A stretch of 64,000 bases of DNA, from IMG/VR virus record IMGVR_UViG_3300045988_153285, positions 69,906 to 133,905 of that record, one strand, 5' to 3'. Shown piece by piece: positions 53,537-63,705 of the stretch; the first letter of the stretch is position 1; every line of letters begins with the position of its first letter. The DNA comes from a virus. A model generated the notes under the pieces. It was not told the origin of the DNA and did no database searches. It saw only the letters and a program-made list of their open reading frames with translations. The position numbers and the translations under genes are program-made.

Positions 53537-56500
53537 TTACCATGTTACAAATGATTTTGAGTATAAATTTATATATATATGTCCCCTTGTAGAAGATTCT
53601 AATATTATTTCATTCACTATACCTATAGTTAAATATGCAGTTATATCAACCTCAGTGTCGCTATTTATATTATCTCTTACTACTCTTCCGTTTACTTTTA
53701 GAACTACATTACTAGGTATATTTTCCGTGCCATTTAAATCATAACAACCATACTTCTCAGCATGAGTGTGATTTGGTATGTTTAAATTAGTAGTATGACT
53801 GTGATTTGGACAATTATGACTATGCGCACCTATAGATATACTTACTGAATGATCGTGGTCAAATTGAAATTTAGAAATTGGATGTACATGCTCATTTCCC
53901 GAATATTCAACTTGAGGGTTTGTTGTGAATTCTGATTGGAAAGTGGCATAATTTTGATTACTACTTGTTATAGTGCTTGAATATCCACCACCAGAACTAC
54001 TTGTTGAGCCTCCTCCGCTTAATGTAGAAACTCCTTGCACATAAGCGCCCCCACCTTCCATTCCTTTGCTATAAACTCTGAAAGGTCTTAACTTTATCAT
54101 GATTATACATTCTTTCAATATATTTACGTTATTTTTTATTCTGAAATATGAATACATAGGAGAATTTAAATCTACCGCTGAACGGTCGGTATATTGAAAT
54201 TCACTAACTATCCCATCTTCACTTAAAACCAAACCCTTCCCATCTTTTCCATACAATCTAAGTCTTGCCTTTCTGACCCCATTTTCTAATTCTGTACCCA
54301 AAAATACTCTCTGAACATCGTTAGCATCTTTTATAGATAATCCGAATCCTTTGTTTAAATCATCCATATCGCCGATATAAAATTCTCCATTTTCACTGGT
54401 TATATAAAGCTTATGACCAAGAATTATCTCGCCGATTAGCTGTTTGGCTATAATTCCATTTTCATCTATGGCACATTTTGCATTTAACCATCTATCATTA
54501 GTTATAGCCATCATACTAGAACTTAAATATAACTGATTGTTTTCGTTAGTTGCATCTATTAAGAAGATCCCACTTTCACTCATATCAATCTTTATAGTTT
54601 CTGTTCTAGATTTGATTCCTTGTGCCTTCATTTCCAATCCGTCTGTAAGCATTTTATTAATATAATCATTTACACTTGTTGAGTTTTTCCATATATCTTT
54701 ATAGTTATTTGTATAAGTATTACTTCTATTTATCTTCTCACCTATTGTACTTAATTTAGATAATTCATCTAAATTTTTATCTCTATTACTAAAACTTATA
54801 CTGCTAATTTTATGTTCTTTAGGAATGTAAGTAAATCCAACTATTCTTATATGTCCTTCGCCTGTTTCCATTAAGTTTTCTTCTTCTAAATTAACAAAGT
54901 CACCTAACACAATCCATTCATTCCAAGCATTATCTCTAGGTAAATTTTGAATTAATCCAACAAGAGTGGTTTCAAATTGTATGTTTAATTTATTTCTTTC
55001 TTTTAATATCTCTACTGAATTCTGATATAATCTATAATTAGTTAAACTATGTTCATCCGTCAATTCCATTATATTAGTGATATCTTTTAATTCTATAAGC
55101 AAATCTTTAGTAAATATCTCTCCTTTATCATCTCTGGCAGTTTCAACCTGAATGGACTTTACCTTTTCAGATATCCAATCATCCAGCTTTGCAATATTAT
55201 CCTTGCATTCTGTTATATCTCTTAGTATCTCTGTTAATTTATCTTGCTTTTGATTAATTTCCTCGCTCAACCTTCTTACATCTGATTCACTTTCAGATTT
55301 AATATAGGCCGATCTTATCACTTCTAATCCTCTTATGTTTTCTTCTAGTGCAGTTTTCTCGCTTTCTAATTTAATTTTATATTTATTATATCCGTTTAAC
55401 TCTAATCTCTTTTCTAATATATCCGCCTGCGTATCACCTTCTAATAATTTAGTATATCTATTCCATGCAATTAATAACTCTTCACTCATAAGTCCGTTGT
55501 TAATATAATATGTATAGTCTAATATATAATCATTTCCAGTTGGATTTTCTTCAGATATATTAGCATTATCACTCTTTACATATAACTTATTGCATATATC
55601 ACTATACTGTAAATTCTGGTTTATAGATTTAACAAAATTCTCATAACTAAGTATTAATCCATTATTTTCACCAACTTCTTCTAAAGCATAACAATTGAGA
55701 ATTCTATTATAATTATCGAATATAAAAACCACATCGTATGCCTCTGATACATTTTTTCTCAAAAAGTCTATCCATTGATACGACCCCTCATCAAAATTTC
55801 TCATCTTTATATTTTCTATATCAACTTCATTACCATTTGTATAATATAAATTGATTGCATCGAATTCACATTTTAATCCATCTAAATTCGTAAATTCTTC
55901 CCAAAATTCTTTTGTTAATCCATCAGTAAATGTTATTTCATATTTTACGGCATATCTATAAGTATCATTTCCATCATAAGTTGCTTTTATTTTTGATATT
56001 CCTGTATGTAAATTCCCAAAAGAATTATGTGTTTCCTTCTCTTCCTTTAGAAATTTATTATCATTAAAAGTATCATAACTCTTAATATTTGAATAATGAA
56101 TTTGCAATGTAACTACATTTTTATCATCAATAGGATTTATTTCAGTAAAATCTTTCTCCCATAGTGTCATACCTCTCTTCACTTTTGCTATTGATAGACT
56201 ATCTAGAATAGGCATAGTAAACTCTTCACTACATCTACCAAATTCTTTCCTAGCTTTTTCTGTGACAACACCTATAGACCAACTAGGATTATCTAATAAA
56301 AATTCATCTAGTATTCCATCTGCTATATATAATTCATCGTTTCCTTTATATAATTGCCTTGATATTGAACCTATGTCATATGAAAATTCTAATGTTTTTT
56401 CAAAGGAATATGCTGTTATACTCTTAACTTTTTTACCATTAGACTCGCTATTTATCTCGCATTCATCTATTATATATCTTTCTTTCCCAAATAATATCTG

Positions 56501-56725
56501 CTGCCTTTTGCCTAAAAATTTATCGTATATAATATTATCCACAGTAATTCCATTATGTGTAATCTTATTTGGAACTGTTAATTTCATAATGTCATAATCC
56601 TGGAATTTATACTCTATGCTATCTATGAATTCTTTAGGTATTTCACAAAATTCTTCCCTTGTGTTCTTCATCAATATAAATTTATCTATATTTGAATTAT
56701 CTTTTATATTAACTTTTCTAAACAT
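53537..56725 (-). CDS. tail-associated lysin-type protein (Tal / minor structural protein, 1062 aa)
   Basis: Large ORF that follows Dit in gene order; central coiled coil; Gly/Ser-rich linker; C-terminal HxH-repeat region. SD AAGGAGAGAGAG. Confidence 0.6.
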   Translation of the reverse strand: MFRKVNIKDNSNIDKFILMKNTREEFCEIPKEFIDSIEYKFQDYDIMKLTVPNKITHNGITVDNIIYDKFLGKRQQILFGKERYIIDECEINSESNGKKVKSITAYSFEKTLEFSYDIGSISRQLYKGNDELYIADGILDEFLLDNPSWSIGVVTEKARKEFGRCSEEFTMPILDSLSIAKVKRGMTLWEKDFTEINPIDDKNVVTLQIHYSNIKSYDTFNDNKFLKEEKETHNSFGNLHTGISKIKATYDGNDTYRYAVKYEITFTDGLTKEFWEEFTNLDGLKCEFDAINLYYTNGNEVDIENIKMRNFDEGSYQWIDFLRKNVSEAYDVVFIFDNYNRILNCYALEEVGENNGLILSYENFVKSINQNLQYSDICNKLYVKSDNANISEENPTGNDYILDYTYYINNGLMSEELLIAWNRYTKLLEGDTQADILEKRLELNGYNKYKIKLESEKTALEENIRGLEVIRSAYIKSESESDVRRLSEEINQKQDKLTEILRDITECKDNIAKLDDWISEKVKSIQVETARDDKGEIFTKDLLIELKDITNIMELTDEHSLTNYRLYQNSVEILKERNKLNIQFETTLVGLIQNLPRDNAWNEWIVLGDFVNLEEENLMETGEGHIRIVGFTYIPKEHKISSISFSNRDKNLDELSKLSTIGEKINRSNTYTNNYKDIWKNSTSVNDYINKMLTDGLEMKAQGIKSRTETIKIDMSESGIFLIDATNENNQLYLSSSMMAITNDRWLNAKCAIDENGIIAKQLIGEIILGHKLYITSENGEFYIGDMDDLNKGFGLSIKDANDVQRVFLGTELENGVRKARLRLYGKDGKGLVLSEDGIVSEFQYTDRSAVDLNSPMYSYFRIKNNVNILKECIIMIKLRPFRVYSKGMEGGGAYVQGVSTLSGGGSTSSSGGGYSSTITSSNQNYATFQSEFTTNPQVEYSGNEHVHPISKFQFDHDHSVSISIGAHSHNCPNHSHTTNLNIPNHTHAEKYGCYDLNGTENIPSNVVLKVNGRVVRDNINSDTEVDITAYLTIGIVNEIILESSTRGHIYINLYSKSFVTW

Positions 56726-56855
56726 AACTCTCTCTCCTTCCTACCATGCTTGAACCTCCCACGACTAAAGTCATAGGATTCTTGGGTAATCTCAACCATT
56801 GTCAAGAAATTTACCAAGCTATCCTCCTAGTTCCTAAGATTTTCTTATTTATTAT

Positions 56856-58010
56856 TTATAATTCTAATTTTCTTAACCCTTCATTTAATATATTTATACT
56901 TGCATTATAATCTCTATCTATTTTTAACCCACATTTTTCACATATATAAGTTCTACATCCTAAATCCTTTGTTTGATTGCTTTGTGATCCACAATTGCTA
57001 CATAATTGACTTGATGGGTAGAATCTATCTATTCTTGATATTAACTTATAATTCCATCTAGCCTTATATTCTAATTCTCTATTAAATTCAAAGAAACTTG
57101 CATCTGATATTGATTTTGCTAACTTATGATTTTTAATCATACCACTAGAATTTAAATCTTCTAAACAGATAATATCATAATCTTTGATTAATTTAGTTGA
57201 TAATTTTTGTAGAAAATCTATTCTACAATTAGTTATCTTTTTATGCCATTTATTAACTTTTAACCTTTGTTTATTTCTATTATTAGAACCTTTCTTTCTT
57301 TTACTCAGTTTTCTTTGAGATTTAACCAATTGTTGCTCGTACTTTATATAAAATTTAGGATTATTTATAATTTCATTATCTGACGTAGTAGCAAACTCTT
57401 TTATCCCTAAATCTATTCCTATTACTGCCCCAGTTTGTTCTAATGGTTTAGACACTACACCTACACAACACAAACTTATATAATACTTATTATCTGTATC
57501 TCTTGATAATGTAGCAGACACAATTCTCCCTTCATATTGTCTTGAATACGCAATTTTAATTTGTTTTACTTTGGGTAATTTAATTTTGCAATTTTGTTTT
57601 TTAAATTTGCCAGTAGAAGTATATTTAATTTCTTTTTCTAATACCGCAATATTACCATTAGTATAATTTATTTTAATACTTTGATAATTATTTTTATAAG
57701 ATTTAAACTTAGGAAAACCACATTCTTTTTTAAAGAATTTTAAGAATGTCTGATACTGATATTTAATGGTATTTTGTAGAACAGATTTTTCACACTCTTT
57801 AAGCCAAGGATTTTTATTTTTAAGAAGTGTTAATAATTTCGACATTTTATTATAATTTAAAACACTTTTATGATGGTTTAATCTATGTTTATTTATATTT
57901 AAGAAATAGTTCCAAACGTATCTTTTGGCTTTAAACATATTTTCTATCTGTTCTATTTGATTATTTTTAGGATATATTCTATATTTAAATCCTTTTTCTA
58001 TTGTTTCCAT
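56856..58010 (-). CDS. tnpB: TnpB (IS605 OrfB) RuvC-like RNA-guided nuclease
   Basis: METIEKGFKYRIYP start; RuvC D (IGIDLGI), E (ICLEDLN), D (DRDYNASINI); Zn finger CSNCGS...CEKCG. ATG 58010 after GAGGTG (track start GTG 58019). Confidence 0.85.
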   Translation of the reverse strand: METIEKGFKYRIYPKNNQIEQIENMFKAKRYVWNYFLNINKHRLNHHKSVLNYNKMSKLLTLLKNKNPWLKECEKSVLQNTIKYQYQTFLKFFKKECGFPKFKSYKNNYQSIKINYTNGNIAVLEKEIKYTSTGKFKKQNCKIKLPKVKQIKIAYSRQYEGRIVSATLSRDTDNKYYISLCCVGVVSKPLEQTGAVIGIDLGIKEFATTSDNEIINNPKFYIKYEQQLVKSQRKLSKRKKGSNNRNKQRLKVNKWHKKITNCRIDFLQKLSTKLIKDYDIICLEDLNSSGMIKNHKLAKSISDASFFEFNRELEYKARWNYKLISRIDRFYPSSQLCSNCGSQSNQTKDLGCRTYICEKCGLKIDRDYNASINILNEGLRKLEL

Positions 58011-58027
58011 TATTAACACCTCGCTTT

Positions 58028-58432
58028 CTATTTTTCTTTTTGGGTTTTAATATAGTTTATTATTTGTTCCTCGGTATTTTCTGATACTGTAGCTATAAAA
58101 TAACTGGGATTCCACAAATGCCCACCCCATAATTTCTTTTTTAAAATCACACCATATTCCTTCATTAACAATCTAGCACTAACACCCTTTAATGCTTTTA
58201 TCATATCTGGAATGTAATGCTGTGGTGTACACTCTATTAATAAATGTATGTGATCTAAATCACTATTAATTTCGACTATTTTAAAATTATTATCTTTAGC
58301 TATTTTATTTAATATTTCTATTAATTTGTTTTCTATTATATCATCTAAAACTCTACGTCTGTATTTTACACACCAAACTATATGGTATTGTATTGAGTAA
58401 ACATATCCTCGTCCATGATATACATTTGCCAT
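58028..58432 (-). CDS. tnpA: IS200-type Y1 (HUH) transposase TnpA
   Basis: YHIVWCVKYRRRVL, HUH motif DHIHLLIE, catalytic Tyr in INYIKTQ. ATG 58432 after GAGGTGA (track start 58474). Confidence 0.85.
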   Translation of the reverse strand: MANVYHGRGYVYSIQYHIVWCVKYRRRVLDDIIENKLIEILNKIAKDNNFKIVEINSDLDHIHLLIECTPQHYIPDMIKALKGVSARLLMKEYGVILKKKLWGGHLWNPSYFIATVSENTEEQIINYIKTQKEK

Positions 58433-58627
58433 TATATTCACCTCATATTTATATAATAACATATGTATTAGCATTATTCAAGTAATTATCTAAGTTTATT
58501 TAACTTTTTAAATTAACATATGTAATGCTATATAATATGTCCTAACTCATGACTGAAGTCACGAGTGTGCGGACACAATCATATCAATATACTTTTATAT
58601 ACTCATATATAGTAGGAATTTCACCTA

Positions 58628-59404
58628 CTAAAATAAATTAATCTTATTCTGATATATCAATTTAACTTTTGCTTCTTCACATGTTATCTTTATTTTATTT
58701 CTACCATATGGTAGTTTCAAAAACTCTTTGTTTGATTTTGAATATATATTTTTCTTACTATCTAATTTAGAAACCATTTGTTTCATATTGTCATTGTAAA
58801 CATAAATATGTTCTCCAGAATCAAGCCCTTCAAACTTTACTATTTGTCCTGTAGTCACATTTTCAATTATTATATTGTTGCCTTTTAACATTTTGATTTC
58901 TATATCAGGATAAATAAAATCATCATATGTGCTTTTGTTATATACATCAAATTCCTTTTCCTCTGCACATCTAACTGAGTTTAACATTATAGGAGAATAT
59001 GCATGAGGACTTGATAACCTCATATTTAAAGTAATTACACCTTGTCCACTTCCAACTCTCCACAAAGAACCTTGTGTGAATATAACATAATAAACTAACC
59101 CCCCACATTCAAAGGCATTATATTCTTTCTTGCAAAGTATTCTGGTTAATTCAGATAATTCAATTTCTGTAAAAGGGGCTATTTCATCATTAACAACTTT
59201 AGTTATAGACATTTCTAATGTAGGACATTCATCTTTCACACCATAAAATACCGGTACATCACCTACGCCATCTTCTTCGTTTATACTTCTATTAACACCA
59301 AACTGTGACGTAAGATCTCCATTACCTTTTGTGCATATCATATATTTACCTTTACTATCAAATCCATTGAACCTAAACCATAAATTTCTATCAAATTGAG
59401 CCAT
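58628..59404 (-). CDS. distal tail protein (Dit)-like
   Basis: 258-aa ORF immediately downstream of the tape measure gene; N-terminus FRFNGFDS...typical of siphovirus tail-component proteins by eye. Confidence 0.55.
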   Translation of the reverse strand: MAQFDRNLWFRFNGFDSKGKYMICTKGNGDLTSQFGVNRSINEEDGVGDVPVFYGVKDECPTLEMSITKVVNDEIAPFTEIELSELTRILCKKEYNAFECGGLVYYVIFTQGSLWRVGSGQGVITLNMRLSSPHAYSPIMLNSVRCAEEKEFDVYNKSTYDDFIYPDIEIKMLKGNNIIIENVTTGQIVKFEGLDSGEHIYVYNDNMKQMVSKLDSKKNIYSKSNKEFLKLPYGRNKIKITCEEAKVKLIYQNKINLF

Positions 59405-59446
59405 TATTTCACCTCACTTTTTATAACAGGCGAGGATTAACCCCGC

Positions 59447-62400
59447 CTAACTTAATTTTTTCACTATGTTTTTATAAATTTCTTTTACTTGTGCATCTAA
59501 CATATCTTGAATACTTCCCAATGTAGAACTATCCGCATTTCCTGTAATTGTTATTCCTCCAGTTGTAATACTTATATCGCCTATGCTTCTAGAACGAGAA
59601 ATATTATCATATGAAGGTATTGTCATTCCAGCATTACTCATAATAGAATTTATGCTGCTATATAATGTTTTTATCTGTTCAAGATTACTTAACCATTCCG
59701 ATTGTTGTAATGCAACATTTGCAAATCCTACCTCAGTCTCTTTAAGCATATCATTCATGCTATTTTGAACATTTATAGTCTCTTCACCTATTTTTATCAT
59801 GCCCGTGCTAATTGCTTCTGCAACCATTTGGGACAAATTTTCTGTTGAAGTCATATCTTCCAATTCTTTATCTAGCAATGCTTCTTCTTCATCGAATCTA
59901 TCATTGATAGCTTGATTTTGTTGTTCTTTAATCTTGTCATTAATTACCTTTTGTTGATCTTCATATTCTTCAAGAAGCTGTTTTAATCTTAGTTGACCAG
60001 CTCTACTCGTGTCATTCTTAACTTTATCAATTTCTGCTTGGATTTCAGCCAATTTATTTCTCTCAGTATTCATTTCTTCTTCAAAATTAGCTTCTTCATA
60101 CTCTTTATTATAAAGTTCTTTTTCTTTGTTCAGAGCTTCTTTCTTGGCATCATATCTTTTCTTTAATTCGTATTCTATAGTTTCAGATATATTTTTTTCC
60201 ATGTCGGCAATTAATTCAGCTTGTGTTTTATAAACATCTTTAATTGTATTGTTTAGAGACTCCCATTCCTGTTCTTGACTAGGAATTGTTTTATTAACTA
60301 ATTCATCATAAGATTTCATAGCTTCCTCTAATTCTTTTACTTGTTCGATTGCCTTCTCTTTAGCATCTCCGCTTAAACTATTTGCCCAATTAACTTTAGA
60401 TGTAAGTATTTGATTATAGTTAGATATGTCACCCACACTATTAAAGCTTACACCTTGACTTGATAATGAATTTTTTAACTCTTGTGCTTCTTTCTTTTGT
60501 TCAGCTATTAGATTTTTAATTGCTTGTTGTTGCTTCTTATATAATTGAATTTCTTTTTCCATAAGTTTAATTTTTTGTTGACCAGTAGCACCATCTTGAA
60601 GAATTTTGTTAGTTTCAAGTTCATTATTTACATCATTTATTGCATCTTCTAAATCATGATATCTATCTACAAGAGATTCCATGTCTTCTACTTCTTTAGA
60701 TGAGGATGATGAGCCTGAAGAACCTTTATTGCCACTAGAACCACTACCTATACTACCATGAGAAACTCCACTACCAACTCCGCCAGAACCTACATAACTA
60801 GAAACTGTATTTGAAATTGAATCCGCTATAGAGTCTACTTGGTTTTTGTAATTTTCAAATTCTTTAATAACCATTTCAGATTCTTTTTTGAATCCTAATG
60901 TTCCCAAATTTAGTCCTTGGTTTTGTGCCTTTGCAAATGCTCTAAAACTTGCTATCTTACTATTAATATAGTTAGCATAGTTTTTGGCATCTACAGAGTA
61001 ATTGGAGTTATTTGAGTTTACCATTTGTCTAGTTCCATCAATCATAGCATTGTTGACAGAGTCTGAAGAAGTAATTTTTGAATTGGCTAAACTTACATAG
61101 TTTTTATCATCTGTAACATAATTTTTCGAATTATTATCAACAACTTCTTTTTCGGCATTCATCCTTGCATTTGCGATATCAAAAGAACTTCTCATTTTAC
61201 TATTTTCTTTATTAATATAGTTACTTTCATCTGTATTATAGGTGTTTGCATTTGCATTAGTTAAACTAGCTTCTGCATTAGCTCTTGTCATAACAGATTG
61301 ATTAGAAATATTAGCTTTTGTATTTTCTAAATTCACTATAGCTTGTGCTTCGGCATTTGTAGCATCTACAACTTCTTGACTCCCACTAATTTCAGCTTGA
61401 GCCATAGCTATAGCTGTTTTTAATACTTCATCTTGTGCTTTTGTTTTTTCATCCAATAACGAATTGATATTTTGAATAAAGTTGGCTTCGTCTCCTAATA
61501 ATGCAATAAGTTGGTTATCTCCACTACTCAAAACCTTAGTCATTGTATCTGTGTCTAACATTCCATATTCTGAGTATTCTTCTTTCATTTGCTTCAGCAA
61601 TTCAATTCCATCTTGTAAACCCGAGAAAGAATCTGCTAAGTTTTCAACTGCACTTTTTGCCTCATCTGTTGCCATAGCTAATTTCAACATTTGGTCAGTA
61701 GCATCTATGATACCATCACCGTTGATGTCAGTTAACGCTTCTGCAGCTCCGCCTGCTGATTCATCAGTTTCTTTTAACTTATTAATAAGTTCTTCTGTTT
61801 GACTTGCACTATAACCAAGAACTTCTCCTACTTTTTTAGCCTGTTCAGCATACTTATCGTTTGAGACACCTAATATTTTATATGCTTCATAACTTGCTTC
61901 AAGAGTATCATTTAAAGATTCAACTCTCTTTTTATATACATCTACATCTTTTGCACTTACTAATAATTCTCCGCTATCACTTAGTTTACTTTCGATATTT
62001 ATAGAACCTTCAACTTCGTCTTCAGCTAATTTATTAACTTGTTCAAGAACTTTATAATATTCTTGATATTTTTCTATAGCATCATCTAAACCTGTATCTG
62101 TTTTTGTATCATTTTTTTCTAGAATATTTAAAGCATCTGATTTAGCTAACTCTAAATCTTTATCTATTAACTTCTTAGTTGCTTCTAAGTTTAATCTCTT
62201 TGCCTCAGTATTATTCTCTATTGCTTTAGAAGCTGATGGATATATAGATATTATAGACTCTTGAGTTGCCGCTAATTTATCTTCAACAGCCTTATATTCA
62301 GCAGTTCCTTTTGATAATGTAGATAATGTATTTTGTAATTCTTCATATGTATTCACTAGATCTATAACATTCGACATTTCACTATTGGAATTAGTTGTTA

Positions 62401-63094
62401 TGAATTCTTGATTTAATTCATTTAATTCACTTCTTGTTAGGATTAGTTTATCTATCAAACTTCCTAACCCAGATATAATAGCACTTATTCCCATTGTTAA
62501 AGCCATACTCATAGCAGCATTTAGGGCTACTGTTGCTATCTTAGCTGATATTAAAGCAGTTTGAGTTGCTATTAGCTTTGAATTAAGTCCTAATAATTGC
62601 TTTCCTGCATTTGCCACTGGTGGCCCGATTTGAGTGGTGGAATTATTATATGCTTTAATATTATCTATGTTTGATTTAATCTGTGCGGATTGTTTTATTA
62701 AATTTTGCTCAAATATCTTCAGACTATTTTGTATTTTGGATACTCCAGGAATAAAACTTACCATAGTTGAAGTTGATTCTCTAAACTTGTTATTAAATAT
62801 GGTTAATGCCCCTACTACAGCCGTAATAGTTGTAGGCATAGCTCCAAAAGTATCTATGAATCCACTTACAGCATTAACTCCTGTAGTTAGACCGCTAATA
62901 AAATCTTTTAAGAAGTCGCTATCCATCATTTGCATAGATATCTTGTCAAGAGAAGCTTTGAGTGCATTTACCCTTCCTGATAACGAATCGATATATGCCT
63001 GATTTTCTTTTTCAGCAGATCCAGCAGAATCTTTAAGGGTTTCATATGCATTCTCTAATTGACTAGCATTTTGCATGATTGAAGTAAAAACATT
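59447..63094 (-). CDS. tape measure protein, 3' exon
   Basis: 1209-aa helical/coiled-coil track ORF 59447..63076. The frame stays open upstream (KNTNVFTSI-MQNASQLENAYETLKDSAGSAEKEN), so the exon probably starts near 63094. Confidence 0.7.
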   Translation of the reverse strand, partial: NVFTSIMQNASQLENAYETLKDSAGSAEKENQAYIDSLSGRVNALKASLDKISMQMMDSDFLKDFISGLTTGVNAVSGFIDTFGAMPTTITAVVGALTIFNNKFRESTSTMVSFIPGVSKIQNSLKIFEQNLIKQSAQIKSNIDNIKAYNNSTTQIGPPVANAGKQLLGLNSKLIATQTALISAKIATVALNAAMSMALTMGISAIISGLGSLIDKLILTRSELNELNQEFITTNSNSEMSNVIDLVNTYEELQNTLSTLSKGTAEYKAVEDKLAATQESIISIYPSASKAIENNTEAKRLNLEATKKLIDKDLELAKSDALNILEKNDTKTDTGLDDAIEKYQEYYKVLEQVNKLAEDEVEGSINIESKLSDSGELLVSAKDVDVYKKRVESLNDTLEASYEAYKILGVSNDKYAEQAKKVGEVLGYSASQTEELINKLKETDESAGGAAEALTDINGDGIIDATDQMLKLAMATDEAKSAVENLADSFSGLQDGIELLKQMKEEYSEYGMLDTDTMTKVLSSGDNQLIALLGDEANFIQNINSLLDEKTKAQDEVLKTAIAMAQAEISGSQEVVDATNAEAQAIVNLENTKANISNQSVMTRANAEASLTNANANTYNTDESNYINKENSKMRSSFDIANARMNAEKEVVDNNSKNYVTDDKNYVSLANSKITSSDSVNNAMIDGTRQMVNSNNSNYSVDAKNYANYINSKIASFRAFAKAQNQGLNLGTLGFKKESEMVIKEFENYKNQVDSIADSISNTVSSYVGSGGVGSGVSHGSIGSGSSGNKGSSGSSSSSKEVEDMESLVDRYHDLEDAINDVNNELETNKILQDGATGQQKIKLMEKEIQLYKKQQQAIKNLIAEQKKEAQELKNSLSSQGVSFNSVGDISNYNQILTSKVNWANSLSGDAKEKAIEQVKELEEAMKSYDELVNKTIPSQEQEWESLNNTIKDVYKTQAELIADMEKNISETIEYELKKRYDAKKEALNKEKELYNKEYEEANFEEEMNTERNKLAEIQAEIDKVKNDTSRAGQLRLKQLLEEYEDQQKVINDKIKEQQNQAINDRFDEEEALLDKELEDMTSTENLSQMVAEAISTGMIKIGEETINVQNSMNDMLKETEVGFANVALQQSEWLSNLEQIKTLYSSINSIMSNAGMTIPSYDNISRSRSIGDISITTGGITITGNADSSTLGSIQDMLDAQVKEIYKNIVKKLS

Positions 63095-63474
63095 CGTATT
63101 TTTATTTTCTTATAATCGCTATACTATAAGAGATTGAAAAATTCAATCCTCACACTTTCATGTGAGATTAGACTATTTCTTCACCTTCAGCATTACCTGT
63201 TAAGGGCAATCCATTTCCACTACCAATCACTTGTAGTGTACTCCCATTTCAGGGATAGTCGTTTGACCTTCCTATTTCTAGGCTTGGCGACCAAATTTCC
63301 ATTGTATAAGCACTTAGGATTTAACCATATGCCATCTCTACACTTGTTATGATTTCTCACCATCATAAAGGTTTCTGATTCTATCCTTTATTGTGGTAGT
63401 AGAGCTTTAGGATTTACTGGTTTTAAGATTGTGTCCTATGCACATTTCTGTACACACGGAGCGAATATTACTCT
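63095..63474 (-). ncRNA. group I-like intron in the tape measure gene (boundaries approximate)
   Basis: About 380 nt with no credible ORF between two in-frame TMP segments. Minus-strand R/S-like elements GGTCAAACGACTATCC (63252-63267) and GAAGAAATAGTC (63171-63182). Proposed 5' exon ends in U (63475) and intron ends in G (63095). Confidence 0.5.
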
Positions 63475-63705
63475 ATTTTTACCTGCTATTTCCTCGGCTA
63501 ACATTGCTTGTTCCATACTATTTAAGTCGTCCCAGACTTCACCAATGTCTTTTAAAATGTCATATGTTGACCTAAACTCATTATTGGCATTAGTTAAAGA
63601 TACACCTGTAATTTCTTTTATAAATTCTCCCATTGAAGCACTAAGCTCTTCGCCTTCCTCGGATACACCACGTAATCTCATGGAAATTGTTTTCAATCCA
63701 TTAGC
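63475..63705 (-). CDS. tape measure protein, internal exon
   Basis: ...ANGLKTISMRLRGVSEEGEELSASMGEFIKEITGVSL...MLAEEIAGKN. The track ORF 63436..63777 extends into introns at both ends. Confidence 0.55.

Larger units (their letters stand above)
56740..58610 (-). mobile_element. IS200/IS605-family insertion sequence (tnpA + tnpB); ends approximate
   Basis: Y1 transposase and TnpB genes in tandem. Related subterminal hairpins at 58546-58565 (CTCATGACTGAAGTCACGAG) and 56748-56767 (CCCACGACTAAAGTCATAGG). TTCAA-type right end near 56740-56744. Inserted between the Dit stop and the Tal SD. Confidence 0.75.
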
